From contig DKAT01000049.1 of NCBI GenBank assembly GCA_002450905.1, positions 11,554 to 75,553 on the forward strand: 64,000 bases of DNA, written 5' to 3'. Origin of the DNA: Spirochaetia bacterium UBA6919. Lineage in GTDB: Bacteria > Spirochaetota > UBA6919. This document shows positions 49,193 to 58,436 of the stretch, piece after piece; the first letter of the stretch is position 1, and the number at the start of each line of letters is the position of its first letter. The notes beneath the pieces were generated by a model. That model ran no database searches. It saw only the letters and a list, made by a program, of their open reading frames with translations, and was not told the DNA's origin. Made by a program: the position numbers and the translations under genes.

Positions 49193-49457
49193 TAAAAAAA
49201 TCTTATAAGTACGCAACTAATCAAATATTATAAAAGTCTTAAAAAAATCATCGACAATCGATTTACAAATAAATACGTTTCTTATTATTTTATTAAAAAA
49301 CATCGATATTTAATAAAGATATTTTAAACTGAAATCTATCTTATTCTATTTTACGGTGTTTTATACTCTGTATTTAATTAGATGAATATGACGAATAATA
49401 ATTCACGATGTTTGTAAAGTTACAATTTTCATTAATGGTATAAATAAAGGACGACAA

Positions 49458-51206
49458 ATGGATAAAATTCTTGGAATCGATCTAGGTACGACTAATTCAG
49501 TCATGGCGGTTGTTGAAAATGGAAAACCAATTATAATCCATAATAAAAAAGGTGATCGCCTTACCCCTTCTGTTGTTGCATTCACAAAGAATAATGAAAT
49601 TCTGGTAGGAAAACCTGCAAAAAATCAGAGTATACTCAATTCTGAAAAAACTATTTCTTCCGTAAAAAGGAATATGGGGACCACTCAAAAATATCAAATT
49701 GGTAAGAATACATATACCCCTCAGGAGATTTCTGCAAAAATCCTCCATAAAATCAAAGAAGATGCGGAAGATTATTTTGGAACAGAAATTTCAAAAGCAG
49801 TCATCACCGTTCCTGCATATTTTAATGACAATCAAAGACAAGCAACTAAGGAAGCTGGACGTATAGCAGGATTTGATGTTCTGAGAATTATCAATGAGCC
49901 CACAGCCGCCGCCCTCGCTTATGGAATCAATGATCATGAAAACCAGGTAATACTAATCTATGATCTGGGCGGAGGGACATTTGATGTATCCATTCTGGAA
50001 ATAGGGGAGGGGGTGTTTGAAGTCAAAGCGACCACTGGAAATAATCATTTAGGTGGTGATGATTTTGATGCAAAGCTAATGAATTATGTTCTGAAAAAAT
50101 ATAAGGAACAAAACAACATAGATCTAACCAAAGATATCATGGCTTGTCAGAAACTCAAAGAAGAAATTGAAAAAGTCAAAATTGAACTCTCAGAAATAGA
50201 ATCCGTTGATCTGAATATTCCATTTATTTCAGCAGATGAAAAAGGTCCAAGACATTTAAATATAAATATAAACAGGCAATTATTTGAAGAACTGATTCAG
50301 GAATATATCGAAGAAACGATCTATCTCATGGAAAAATGTTTAAAAGATAGCAAATTAGAAAAAAATGATATTGACAAGGTTCTTCTTGTAGGTGGTTCTA
50401 CTCGTATTCCATTGGTTTATAATTCTGTTGAAAAAGCATTATCAAAAAAAATATCAAAAGGGGTCAACCCCGATGAATGTGTAGCACTGGGTGCTGCTAT
50501 ACAGGCTTCGATTTTAAGTGGTGAAAAAAAGGGGATGGTGCTTGTTGATGTTACTCCTCTCTCAATGGGAATAGAAATCGAAGGAGGTGTTTTTGTCCCT
50601 ATAATTGAAAGAAATTCAACGATACCTATTACGAAAAGTAAATTATTTACAACGATATCTGATTATCAGCAAAGTGTTGAAATCCGTGTATATCAGGGTG
50701 AAAGAGTCCGCTGTGTGGATAATATATCCCTGGGTGAATGCCAATTAAAAAATATTAGACCAGCCAAAAAAGGTCTCCCTCGAATTGAAGTAAATTTTGT
50801 CATTGATGTCAATGGGATCTTACAAGTCAGCGCTAAAGATCTAGATAGTGGAAATATGCAGAAAGTAATCATAAAAAATCCCACCAGCCTCTCGGATGAG
50901 AAAATACAAAATATTATTGAAAATGCCAAAAAAAATAAACACACGGATCAGGAAGTATTAAAAATTGAGCAAATAAAACAATTGTTTGATACAAGTTATC
51001 AGCGTTTAAAACTATTATATGAAGATAAAATAAATATAATTGATGCGAATTTAAAGAAGGATATACAGACAGCCCTCAAGAAATCCGAAAAAAAAATTAA
51101 AAGACCAAAATCTGATGAACTGGTTGATTTAATAGATCAAATGGATTTTCTCTACGAAGAATTAAAAATAAGTTATTCCAATGACAGAGAAGGGGTAGAA
51201 GTTTGA
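49458..51206 (+). CDS. Hsp70-family chaperone paralogue (HscC-like), not a canonical DnaK
   Basis: Actin-like NBD motifs (IDLGTTNS, DLGGGTFDVS, a second phosphate motif VGGSTRIP) and an SBD-beta. Lid is short; 582 aa total; C-terminus ...REGVEV. There is no grpE/hrcA context. Confidence 0.85.
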   Translation: MDKILGIDLGTTNSVMAVVENGKPIIIHNKKGDRLTPSVVAFTKNNEILVGKPAKNQSILNSEKTISSVKRNMGTTQKYQIGKNTYTPQEISAKILHKIKEDAEDYFGTEISKAVITVPAYFNDNQRQATKEAGRIAGFDVLRIINEPTAAALAYGINDHENQVILIYDLGGGTFDVSILEIGEGVFEVKATTGNNHLGGDDFDAKLMNYVLKKYKEQNNIDLTKDIMACQKLKEEIEKVKIELSEIESVDLNIPFISADEKGPRHLNININRQLFEELIQEYIEETIYLMEKCLKDSKLEKNDIDKVLLVGGSTRIPLVYNSVEKALSKKISKGVNPDECVALGAAIQASILSGEKKGMVLVDVTPLSMGIEIEGGVFVPIIERNSTIPITKSKLFTTISDYQQSVEIRVYQGERVRCVDNISLGECQLKNIRPAKKGLPRIEVNFVIDVNGILQVSAKDLDSGNMQKVIIKNPTSLSDEKIQNIIENAKKNKHTDQEVLKIEQIKQLFDTSYQRLKLLYEDKINIIDANLKKDIQTALKKSEKKIKRPKSDELVDLIDQMDFLYEELKISYSNDREGVEV

Positions 51207-52078
51207 TGACTAAACATCATGATGAAAATTATTATAAAGTGTTGGGAATTGAGTACCACGCAACGGACAATGATATAAAGAGTGCGTATAGGCGATTAAT
51301 GTTACAATACCATCCTGATGTTTCAAAGGAGCCAGTCCGTGTTGATAACTTTGAGAGGGTAGTCAGAGCTTATAAAGTCCTCAGTGATTCTAAAAAACGG
51401 GCTGAATATAATCGAATAAATAATATTAATGCATTTCGATTTACAAACCATTCATACACTGGATTCAAGGAAACTCATGTCAAGGAATTTCCTGAAGAAA
51501 AACCAATCAAATCAAGTGTATTTAGTTCATTCACAGATCGATTTTTTAATAGGAACCCAGAAGAAAAAATATCAGACGAACTTAATAATGCATTTCACGT
51601 CTCAGATGATATTATAAAACTGGATATAGAAGACCTTATCAATCAATATGAAATCAGTACAAATAAATTTGTCAGGATAGAATCATTAAAAGCTATTGTA
51701 AAAAAATTGGGAAAAATGAGTTATAAAATAATAGAAAATGCCTTAGAGGATACAAGTAAAGAGGTTAGAGAGGTTGCTATTAAGGCAATTGGATTACTAC
51801 AAATCAGACAGGGAATCTATTCCCTTGAAAAGTTATATAAAGAAAGCAGTACGGATGTTAAAAAATCGATAGTAATATCAGTAGCTAACTTGCAATTTCA
51901 AAAAAGTAATGATCTTTTATTGAAGTTTTGTTATGATTACAATGATGATATAAAATTGATAGCTTTAAAGGCAGTTCAGCAATATAAATTAAAAAATGTA
52001 TCGCTATTAAAAGGCTTGCTGCACGATAAAAACCCGTCCATAAAACAGTTAGTCCAAAATATCCTTAAAAATAGCTAA
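51203..52078 (+). CDS. J-domain protein with C-terminal HEAT/PBS-lyase-like repeats (DjlC-like partner of the Hsp70 paralogue)
   Basis: J-domain YYKVLGIEYHATDNDIKSAYRRLMLQYHPD with the HPD tripeptide. There is no G/F or Zn-finger region. C-terminal repeats KEVREVAIKAIGLL and DIKLIALKAVQQY. Start overlaps the Hsp70 stop (ATGA). Confidence 0.8.
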   Translation: MMTKHHDENYYKVLGIEYHATDNDIKSAYRRLMLQYHPDVSKEPVRVDNFERVVRAYKVLSDSKKRAEYNRINNINAFRFTNHSYTGFKETHVKEFPEEKPIKSSVFSSFTDRFFNRNPEEKISDELNNAFHVSDDIIKLDIEDLINQYEISTNKFVRIESLKAIVKKLGKMSYKIIENALEDTSKEVREVAIKAIGLLQIRQGIYSLEKLYKESSTDVKKSIVISVANLQFQKSNDLLLKFCYDYNDDIKLIALKAVQQYKLKNVSLLKGLLHDKNPSIKQLVQNILKNS

Positions 52079-52142
52079 CTTGTGCATTTTATAAAAAAGT
52101 ATGGTTGATTTATGGTGAAATAGCTTTAAACTTTATAATACT

Positions 52143-52175
52143 TTTCCCATGATTTTCCCATACCTTTCCCATGTT
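52143..52175. repeat. Three phased direct repeats of TTTCCCAT(G/A) with an exact 11-bp period (CCCAT at 52146, 52157, 52168)
   Basis: Reverse complement of the 1466-1498 repeat with identical phasing. Lies between the convergent J-protein gene and the 52303-52962 gene. Confidence 0.6.
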
Positions 52176-52302
52176 TATAAAGGATGTTATTTGTTTGAAA
52201 TTATATTGAAAAAACATTATAACAAGATTTAAATGTGGATTACAGAAACCTTCTAAAAGATGAATGCAAATAACAAATCTGATGAGAATTATTTTAGGTT
52301 TG

Positions 52303-52962
52303 TTATTCTAATTTACGCCACATTTTTAGACGATTATCCCAATATGTAGGGTTTAGATGTTTAAATCGAGGTTTTGATTGGTTTTTCTGATTGTCAAGGT
52401 GAGTTTTATAGAGATTTGAAAGGCGATTAATTTCCTCCATTTGTATGTTTGTAGGTTCAGGATTTTTATATGATTTTGCAGTATCTAATTGAATCAAAGC
52501 ATCTTGATATTTTTGATTCCTTCCAAGATTTTTTGCTTCCGAGATTAAATCATTGATCTTTTGTAGTTGTTTGTATTTTTTTAATAATTCGTTAATTTCT
52601 TTTTGTTGTTCAGGTGTGAGATTTTGACTATTTTCTTCAGCACCTGGCTCGCTTGATTTACCAAGATTTTTTGCTTCATTTAATTTTTTTATGGCTTGTT
52701 TATATTCTCCTTTATCTCCAAGTTCTTTTGCTTCCTGGATTAGTTCATCTACTTTATTTTTATTTTCTTTGTTATTATTTGGCTTGTCATCCTTAATTAC
52801 TTTCTCTTTTTTAATTTCAGGTTTTTTTGTTTCATTTCCAGAACAATTCATAATGAATACGCTTAGGAGAAATATATTAAACACAGTTATTATTACTTTC
52901 ATAACACATCCATCATTTATTATATGTATAATAAATATAACACGTAATTTTAAAAAAATCAA
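52303..52962 (-). CDS. Secreted or lipoprotein with internal helical repeats (…EAKNLG…); true start probably the Met at 52902
   Basis: Leader MKVIITVFNIFLLSVFIMNCSG, then a K/E-rich region containing two similar ~40-aa repeats (ELIQEAKELGDKGEYKQAIKKLNEAKNLGK and DLISEAKNLGRNQKYQDALIQLDTAKSY). Confidence 0.5.
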   Translation of the reverse strand: MIFLKLRVIFIIHIINDGCVMKVIITVFNIFLLSVFIMNCSGNETKKPEIKKEKVIKDDKPNNNKENKNKVDELIQEAKELGDKGEYKQAIKKLNEAKNLGKSSEPGAEENSQNLTPEQQKEINELLKKYKQLQKINDLISEAKNLGRNQKYQDALIQLDTAKSYKNPEPTNIQMEEINRLSNLYKTHLDNQKNQSKPRFKHLNPTYWDNRLKMWRKLE

Positions 52963-53070
52963 ATTTGAATAATTATCATATTAAATTAAAGCAGATAGGA
53001 TATGGTTCAAGAGATCTCACCATAACAATTTGCAAGTTTGATTTTAAAAGAAGAATATTGGTATAGATTA

Positions 53071-53367
53071 TTACATTTGATTTTGGAAATCTTGTTGAGC
53101 TTTTTGTAATTTATCAATTAAAGAGATTTCTTCGGAAGTAATACCTCTAAGGGTTTTACCAATTGCATTTTCAGCCCAGATGATTAAGATACGAATATCT
53201 CTTTCAGAGAGATCTAATTTACCAGAATTTGAATTTTTTAACTTATACATAGTTATACTTTCTTCAGGGAAAATAACATTACCATCTCCAAAATGGCCTC
53301 CAGATATTGTATTTTCAGCCCAAATGATCATTTGACGAAGTTCCAGATTAGTTAAAGCAATATCCAT
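53071..53367 (-). CDS. Small protein (98 aa) made of two tandem homologous ~45-aa modules
   Basis: Module 1 is LELRQMIIWAENTISGGHFGDGN and module 2 is ERDIRILIIWAENAIGKTLRG. Sits 3 nt downstream of accC on the same strand. Confidence 0.45.
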   Translation of the reverse strand: MDIALTNLELRQMIIWAENTISGGHFGDGNVIFPEESITMYKLKNSNSGKLDLSERDIRILIIWAENAIGKTLRGITSEEISLIDKLQKAQQDFQNQM

Positions 53368-53370
53368 AGT

Positions 53371-54723
53371 TCAATCCTTGTTGTCATTTAAAGAAAAGTC
53401 TTGTATAAAATAAGTTGAGTAATCTCCTTTTAAAAACTTTTTATCTTCCATAACTTTCCTGTGAAAGGGAATTGTAGTTTCAATACCTTCTATGATAAAC
53501 TCATTCAGACTACGTTTCATTTTATTGATCGCATCGGCTCGATCTTCTCCCCAGACTATTAGCTTAGCCAGAAGGGAGTCATAATATTTAGGAATCATAT
53601 ATTCAGTATATAAATGGCTATCTACCCTTACTCCAAAACCGCCTGGTATGTGATATGATTCTATTTTTCCGATGGAAGGGGTAAAATTTGTATATGGATT
53701 TTCAGCATTAATTCTACACTCAATGGCATGACCCCGGAACTGGATATCTTCCTGCTTGTAACGTAATTTTTTTCCATCTGCCACAAGAATTTGTTCTTTT
53801 ATAAGGTCAATCCCGGTGAGTAGTTCTGTAACCGGATGCTCAACCTGGATACGGGTATTCATTTCCATAAAATAGAACCGCCCCTTGTGGTCAACAAGAA
53901 ATTCTATAGTACCAACGCCCACATAATTCACAGCCTGTGCACCTATAATAGCTGCTTCACCCATGGATTTGCGTAGTTTATCATCGATGTAGGGTGATGG
54001 GGACTCTTCAAGAAGTTTTTGGTGACGTCGTTGAATGGAACAGTCTCTTTCTCCAAGGTGAATCACATTTCCTTTTTTGTCAGCTAGGATTTGAATTTCG
54101 ATGTGATGTGGATTTTCGAAGAATTTTTCTATATAGACTTGAGGGTTATGAAAGGCATTTTCAGCTTCTGATTGGGCTAATTTGAAGGAATCGCGAAATT
54201 CTTTTTCTGAGGGCACCATTCGCATTCCCTTTCCACCACCACCTGCAGTAGCTTTGATGATAACAGGGAAACCAATTTGTTTTGCCTGTTCAAATCCTTC
54301 TTCAATATCAGTAATAATTTCTGTACCAGGAATGACAGGGACTCCCGCTTCTATCATCACCTTACGGGCTTTTGCCTTATCTCCCATCATATCAATGACT
54401 TTTGGTGGTGGTCCGATGAAGTGAATTTTATTTTCTTCGCAGATTTGTGCAAAACGGGAATTTTCAGCAAGAAATCCATATCCCGGATGAATAGCATCTG
54501 CACCTGTGATTTCTGCAGCACTGATAATACTTGGTACGTGGAGATAAGAATTTATTGCTTCAGGGGGGCCGATACAGACATCTTCATCTGCAAAACGTCT
54601 ATGTAAGCTAAATTCATCAGCTATGGAATGGACAGCTACGGTAGCAATACCTAATTCTTTGCATGTTCTTATGATACGAAGGGCGATTTCACCTCGGTTA
54701 GCAATCAATATTTTTTTAAACAT
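53371..54723 (-). CDS. accC: Biotin carboxylase (acetyl-CoA carboxylase subunit)
   Basis: ATP-grasp domain and biotin-carboxylase N- and C-terminal domains: MFKKILIANRGEIALRIIRTCKELGI, GGGGKGMRMV, EMNTRIQVEHPVTE. Confidence 0.92.
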   Translation of the reverse strand: MFKKILIANRGEIALRIIRTCKELGIATVAVHSIADEFSLHRRFADEDVCIGPPEAINSYLHVPSIISAAEITGADAIHPGYGFLAENSRFAQICEENKIHFIGPPPKVIDMMGDKAKARKVMIEAGVPVIPGTEIITDIEEGFEQAKQIGFPVIIKATAGGGGKGMRMVPSEKEFRDSFKLAQSEAENAFHNPQVYIEKFFENPHHIEIQILADKKGNVIHLGERDCSIQRRHQKLLEESPSPYIDDKLRKSMGEAAIIGAQAVNYVGVGTIEFLVDHKGRFYFMEMNTRIQVEHPVTELLTGIDLIKEQILVADGKKLRYKQEDIQFRGHAIECRINAENPYTNFTPSIGKIESYHIPGGFGVRVDSHLYTEYMIPKYYDSLLAKLIVWGEDRADAINKMKRSLNEFIIEGIETTIPFHRKVMEDKKFLKGDYSTYFIQDFSLNDNKD

Positions 54724-54736
54724 AATACCTATTTAA

Positions 54737-55207
54737 TTATTCTTCTTTTAATTGTTCATTATCTATTAATTTAAGTCTGAAAAGGGGTTGTCCATATTCA
54801 ACGGCCTGGCCATCTTCTACAAGGACTTCAACTATTTTACCCTGGATTGTGGAGATAACTTCATATTGAAGATTCATTGATCGGATATGTGCAACAACTT
54901 TACCCTTCGTTATAATTTCTCTTAATTTTACGAGAGATTTACCACCCTTGGATTCACTTCTTTGAAAGAAACCGATATAGGGGGATAGGATATCCTGTGT
55001 GTCTTTAATGTCTTGTTCCTGCTCCTGTACATTTGTTTCAGATTCTTGAATTTGAGGGGGCTGAGGATGAGAGTAGGATTTAAAAGCATTATCAGAGCGA
55101 ATAACTTCGATTTTCTTTTGGGAGTTTTCAATTTTAAAATATTTTGTATCCGTTTCTTTCAAGGCGGACATGATATCTTCGATTAGTTTAATATTCATTT
55201 TTACCAC
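54737..55207 (-). CDS. accB: Biotin carboxyl carrier protein (AccB-like), with Asn at the position of the biotinyl-Lys in the EAMKM-equivalent motif
   Basis: BCCP N-terminal segment (MNIKLIEDIMSALKETD), a flexible linker, and a biotinyl/lipoyl hairpin domain. The motif reads HIRSMNLQYEV where BCCP has EAMKM. I re-translated the DNA: ATG AAT CTT, with the AAT codon at plus-strand 54872-54874. Confidence 0.75.
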   Translation of the reverse strand: MVKMNIKLIEDIMSALKETDTKYFKIENSQKKIEVIRSDNAFKSYSHPQPPQIQESETNVQEQEQDIKDTQDILSPYIGFFQRSESKGGKSLVKLREIITKGKVVAHIRSMNLQYEVISTIQGKIVEVLVEDGQAVEYGQPLFRLKLIDNEQLKEE

Positions 55208-55225
55208 TAATTTAGAGAAAAATTA

Positions 55226-55786
55226 TTATCGGACACGCTCAACATATTCACCGGATCTGGTGTCTATCTTTATTTTTTCATTATTGTTCACAAAAAGAGG
55301 CACCTGAAGGGTATATCCAGTTTCAACTGTAGCCGGTTTTGTTGCACCACCAACAGTATCCCCCTTTAAACCTGGTTCAGTGAAGGTGATTTCCAATTCA
55401 ACAAACATAGGTGGATATAAATTAATAATTTGGCCTTCATAGAGTTCCACTTCGATATCCATCCCTTCTTTGAGGTAATTCATAGCGTCATTAATAACTT
55501 CTTTTGGGATATGCTCCTGCTCGTAAGTCTCAGAGTCCATAATAACGATATTATCTCCGTCTTCATAGAGATATTGGACTTTTCGACGCTCAAGATATGC
55601 ATCTTCAATTTTTTCTTCTGATCGGAAGGTCATTTCAACGATGTTATTTTTCTTTAGTAGACGTAATTTAGTTCTGACAAAAGCACCACCTTTCCCTGGT
55701 TTTACGTGTTGGTGTTCAGTAACAGAATATAATTCATTTTCTAATTTAATTACTGTTCCCTTCCTTAAATCATTTGCTGAAATCAT
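55226..55786 (-). CDS. efp: Elongation factor P
   Basis: KPGKGGAFVRTKLR loop with the modified-Lys region, and three OB-like domains. 186 aa. Confidence 0.92.
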   Translation of the reverse strand: MISANDLRKGTVIKLENELYSVTEHQHVKPGKGGAFVRTKLRLLKKNNIVEMTFRSEEKIEDAYLERRKVQYLYEDGDNIVIMDSETYEQEHIPKEVINDAMNYLKEGMDIEVELYEGQIINLYPPMFVELEITFTEPGLKGDTVGGATKPATVETGYTLQVPLFVNNNEKIKIDTRSGEYVERVR

Positions 55787-55906
55787 TTAGTTCATGCCTC
55801 ATAAAAAAATATAAAAATATAATATCAAATATACCAAATATGGTAGATTGATACACCTAAGTTATCTAAAAGTTTATTGATTGTCAAGTTATATCAAGAA
55901 AAAATC

Positions 55907-56359
55907 CTATTCTTCTTCCTCTGATTCCTTTAATAGATCGATCATCGAGAGTAAGGCTAATTCGTATCCCTTGGGGCCTAATCCCATGATGATTCCCTTG
56001 GCTATATCGTGGAAGTATGATTTTTGTCTAAAATCTTCTCTTGTATAGATATTTGATAAATGAACTTCTATGAATAATAAATCTCTTGCAAGAATAGCAT
56101 CCCTTATTGCGACAGAAGTGTGCGTATAGGCAGCAGGATTGATTATAAGACCATTGGCCGATATACCCTCCTCCTGAATGTAATCCACTATGGCACCTTC
56201 GTGATTTGAGGAAAATGTTTTGATTTCAATATTATTTAATTTACCCAAACTAATCAAATCGTTATTTATTTCATTGAGGGTTTTTATACCATAAATATTT
56301 TTTTCTCTGGTACCCAAAAGATTCAGGTTTGGTCCGTGTATAACCAATATTGTTTTCAT
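55907..56359 (-). CDS. aroQ: 3-dehydroquinate dehydratase, type II
   Basis: ILVIHGPNLNLLGTRE...IYG is the type II DHQase N-terminal signature. About 150 aa. Start taken at MKTILV. Confidence 0.85.
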   Translation of the reverse strand: MKTILVIHGPNLNLLGTREKNIYGIKTLNEINNDLISLGKLNNIEIKTFSSNHEGAIVDYIQEEGISANGLIINPAAYTHTSVAIRDAILARDLLFIEVHLSNIYTREDFRQKSYFHDIAKGIIMGLGPKGYELALLSMIDLLKESEEEE

Positions 56360-56650
56360 TCTACATTCCAAATAAAAAATTATTACCCTTGAATTTATTT
56401 TTAAATGGTATACATTATTAATATTCTTTTGTCGATAAAATTATATATAATAGAATATTCTAATGTAATACAATAATTAGGGTATTCAATCCGATTTAAA
56501 AAACTGTATACAAACTATCATATGATTTTGAATTCCTTTATAATACAGTTTATGAGCAGTCACATAACGATTCTTGGGTATTGATTTCAATTTAATATGA
56601 TTTTTAGTATAGTAAATATAATATAAAATAATAATTTTTAATGGAAAATA

Positions 56651-57490
56651 ATGTCGTCTAAAAATGATCAATTCTTTATAAGGGTTTGGGGTGCTCGGGG
56701 AAGTATTCCATCTCCTGGCCCTAAAACAGTAAAATATGGTGGGAATACATCTTGTCTTGAGGTTCGATGTGGAAATGAAATCATAATATTAGATGCTGGG
56801 ACAGGGATCCGTTCATTGGGAGATCTTCTTTTAAAAGAGATGCCTATACATGCAACTATATTACTGAGTCACGCCCATTGGGATCATATTCAGGGGTTTC
56901 CATTTTTCACCCCGGTGTTTTTAGATGGTAATAGTTTTGATATTTACGGAGAAACGAAAATCGATATTGAAGAAACATTACGTCTCCAGATGATGTATCC
57001 TACATTTCCAGTCACATTGGATGAACTTCAATCCACTATTCATTTTCATGATATAAAATTACATGGTCATATTCAGGTAAAAGATGTTAAGATAAATTAT
57101 GATAGCCTCAATCATCCTGGCGGTGTAACTGGGTACAAAATAGAATACAAGGGTAAATCAATTGTTTATGCTACGGATACAGAACATTTTCGATGTGTAG
57201 ACCAAACACTATTAAAATTAGCTAAAGATTGCGATATCTTATTTTATGATGCAACCTATACTGATGATGAATATTCCGGGAAGGTTGGATTTCCCAAAAC
57301 AACATGGGGGCACTCAACTTGGGAGGCTGGAGTGGAAATTGCACAAGCTGCGAATGTAAAAAAACTTATACTCTGGCACCATGAACCATCCCATGAGGAT
57401 TCATTAATTGATGAAATAGAACAAAATGCACAAAAGATCTTTAAAGAAACCTATGCGGCTTATGAAGGGATGGTCATTTCTTTATTGTGA
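56651..57490 (+). CDS. Metallo-beta-lactamase-fold hydrolase
   Basis: HxHxDH motif (LLSHAHWDHIQG) and further His/Asp ligands (ILWHHEP). Confidence 0.75.
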   Translation: MSSKNDQFFIRVWGARGSIPSPGPKTVKYGGNTSCLEVRCGNEIIILDAGTGIRSLGDLLLKEMPIHATILLSHAHWDHIQGFPFFTPVFLDGNSFDIYGETKIDIEETLRLQMMYPTFPVTLDELQSTIHFHDIKLHGHIQVKDVKINYDSLNHPGGVTGYKIEYKGKSIVYATDTEHFRCVDQTLLKLAKDCDILFYDATYTDDEYSGKVGFPKTTWGHSTWEAGVEIAQAANVKKLILWHHEPSHEDSLIDEIEQNAQKIFKETYAAYEGMVISLL

Positions 57491-57500
57491 TTATTAAAAA

Positions 57501-58106
57501 TTAGAAGTGTAAAGAGATTTTTAAGGAAAAGAGGTGGGAATAGAATTCGTTTAATTCACTTGATGTTATATAATTTATATGATAAGCTATAGTGAAACTT
57601 AATAATTTAATAAAACGTATTTGTGAGCCGATTTGAAGTGATGAACGCATATAGGGTCCAGGATAGAGAGTCGCTGCTGTTAAGAAACCTGCAAATGGTT
57701 TAATAATTTGGGAATTAAATGGATAGAATAAAAAATTAATTTCTAATCCAGGAAACATCAAAGAAGATTTAGAGGAATCAATAATCAAGTCAGAACTTTT
57801 AATAATACTTATAAATCCACCGATGTTTAAATCAATCTTAGGGGATACAGAAATCCCCAATCCAGTAGAGAAATAGAACTCTCCCCCTTTTTTATGACTC
57901 ATTTCATAAAAGTATCCACCATTTAAATATATAGAATAGCTAGTCTCAATTTTTTCTTTTTTGACAGAATCAAGGGATAATTCTTTATTATCTTTATTTC
58001 TTTCTTGTCCAAAAAATAGCTGGGGAAATAAATTTAAACATAAAATGAATATCCCAATAATAATTCTATTTTTTTGTTTTCTTCCGCCCAAGGGGAAGTA
58101 CCTCAT
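57501..58106 (-). CDS. Small outer-membrane beta-barrel-like protein (hypothetical)
   Basis: Signal-like hydrophobic leader, alternating hydrophobic/polar beta-strand pattern, and a C-terminal aromatic residue (...LKISLHF) typical of OMPs. The annotated start overlaps the BMC-H gene, so the true start is probably later. Confidence 0.4.
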   Translation of the reverse strand: MRYFPLGGRKQKNRIIIGIFILCLNLFPQLFFGQERNKDNKELSLDSVKKEKIETSYSIYLNGGYFYEMSHKKGGEFYFSTGLGISVSPKIDLNIGGFISIIKSSDLIIDSSKSSLMFPGLEINFLFYPFNSQIIKPFAGFLTAATLYPGPYMRSSLQIGSQIRFIKLLSFTIAYHINYITSSELNEFYSHLFSLKISLHF

Positions 58107-58368
58107 CGACGTTATTGTGTGGTCTTGGGATTATGTGTACTGATATTATTTCCCCAACACGTTCTGCAGCTTTACTACCTGCTTCAGTTGCAGCTTTGAC
58201 AGCAGCCACATCGCCCCTAATAATAGTGGTAACATATCCTCCACCCGTTTTTTCATAACCAATTAATTCAACTTTTGCGGCTTTGACCATAGCATCACTT
58301 GCTTCAACCATTGCAGCAAAACCTCTTGTTTCAATCATACCCAAGGCATCTGAAAATACTTCTGCCAT
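58066..58368 (-). CDS. Bacterial microcompartment shell protein, BMC-H (PduA/EutM/CcmK family)
   Basis: Near-consensus BMC domain: [57 protein letters not shown]...VHIIPRPH. Confidence 0.88.
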   Translation of the reverse strand: MAEVFSDALGMIETRGFAAMVEASDAMVKAAKVELIGYEKTGGGYVTTIIRGDVAAVKAATEAGSKAAERVGEIISVHIIPRPHNNVDEVLPLGRKKTKK

Positions 58369-58436
58369 ATATACCTCATTTTTAATTCATTATAACTTTT
58401 AATCACAATTGATTTATTTTTTTAAATAAGTTGATA

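Noticed and set aside
49193-49457. Heat-shock regulatory elements (CIRCE, sigma-32 promoter) upstream of the Hsp70 paralogue
   Set aside because: No TTAGCACTC-N9-GAGTGCTAA inverted repeat and no convincing sigma-32 -35/-10 elements. Only short ATCGA...TCGAT palindromes of uncertain meaning.
52691-52972. Plus-strand ORF antisense to the 52303-52962 repeat-protein gene
   Set aside because: Low-complexity S/F/L-rich translation, fully inside the opposite-strand gene.
54182-54606. Plus-strand ORFs antisense to accC (54182-54424, 54277-54606) and 53994-54185
   Set aside because: They lie within a 450-aa biotin carboxylase gene that has full-length motif conservation.
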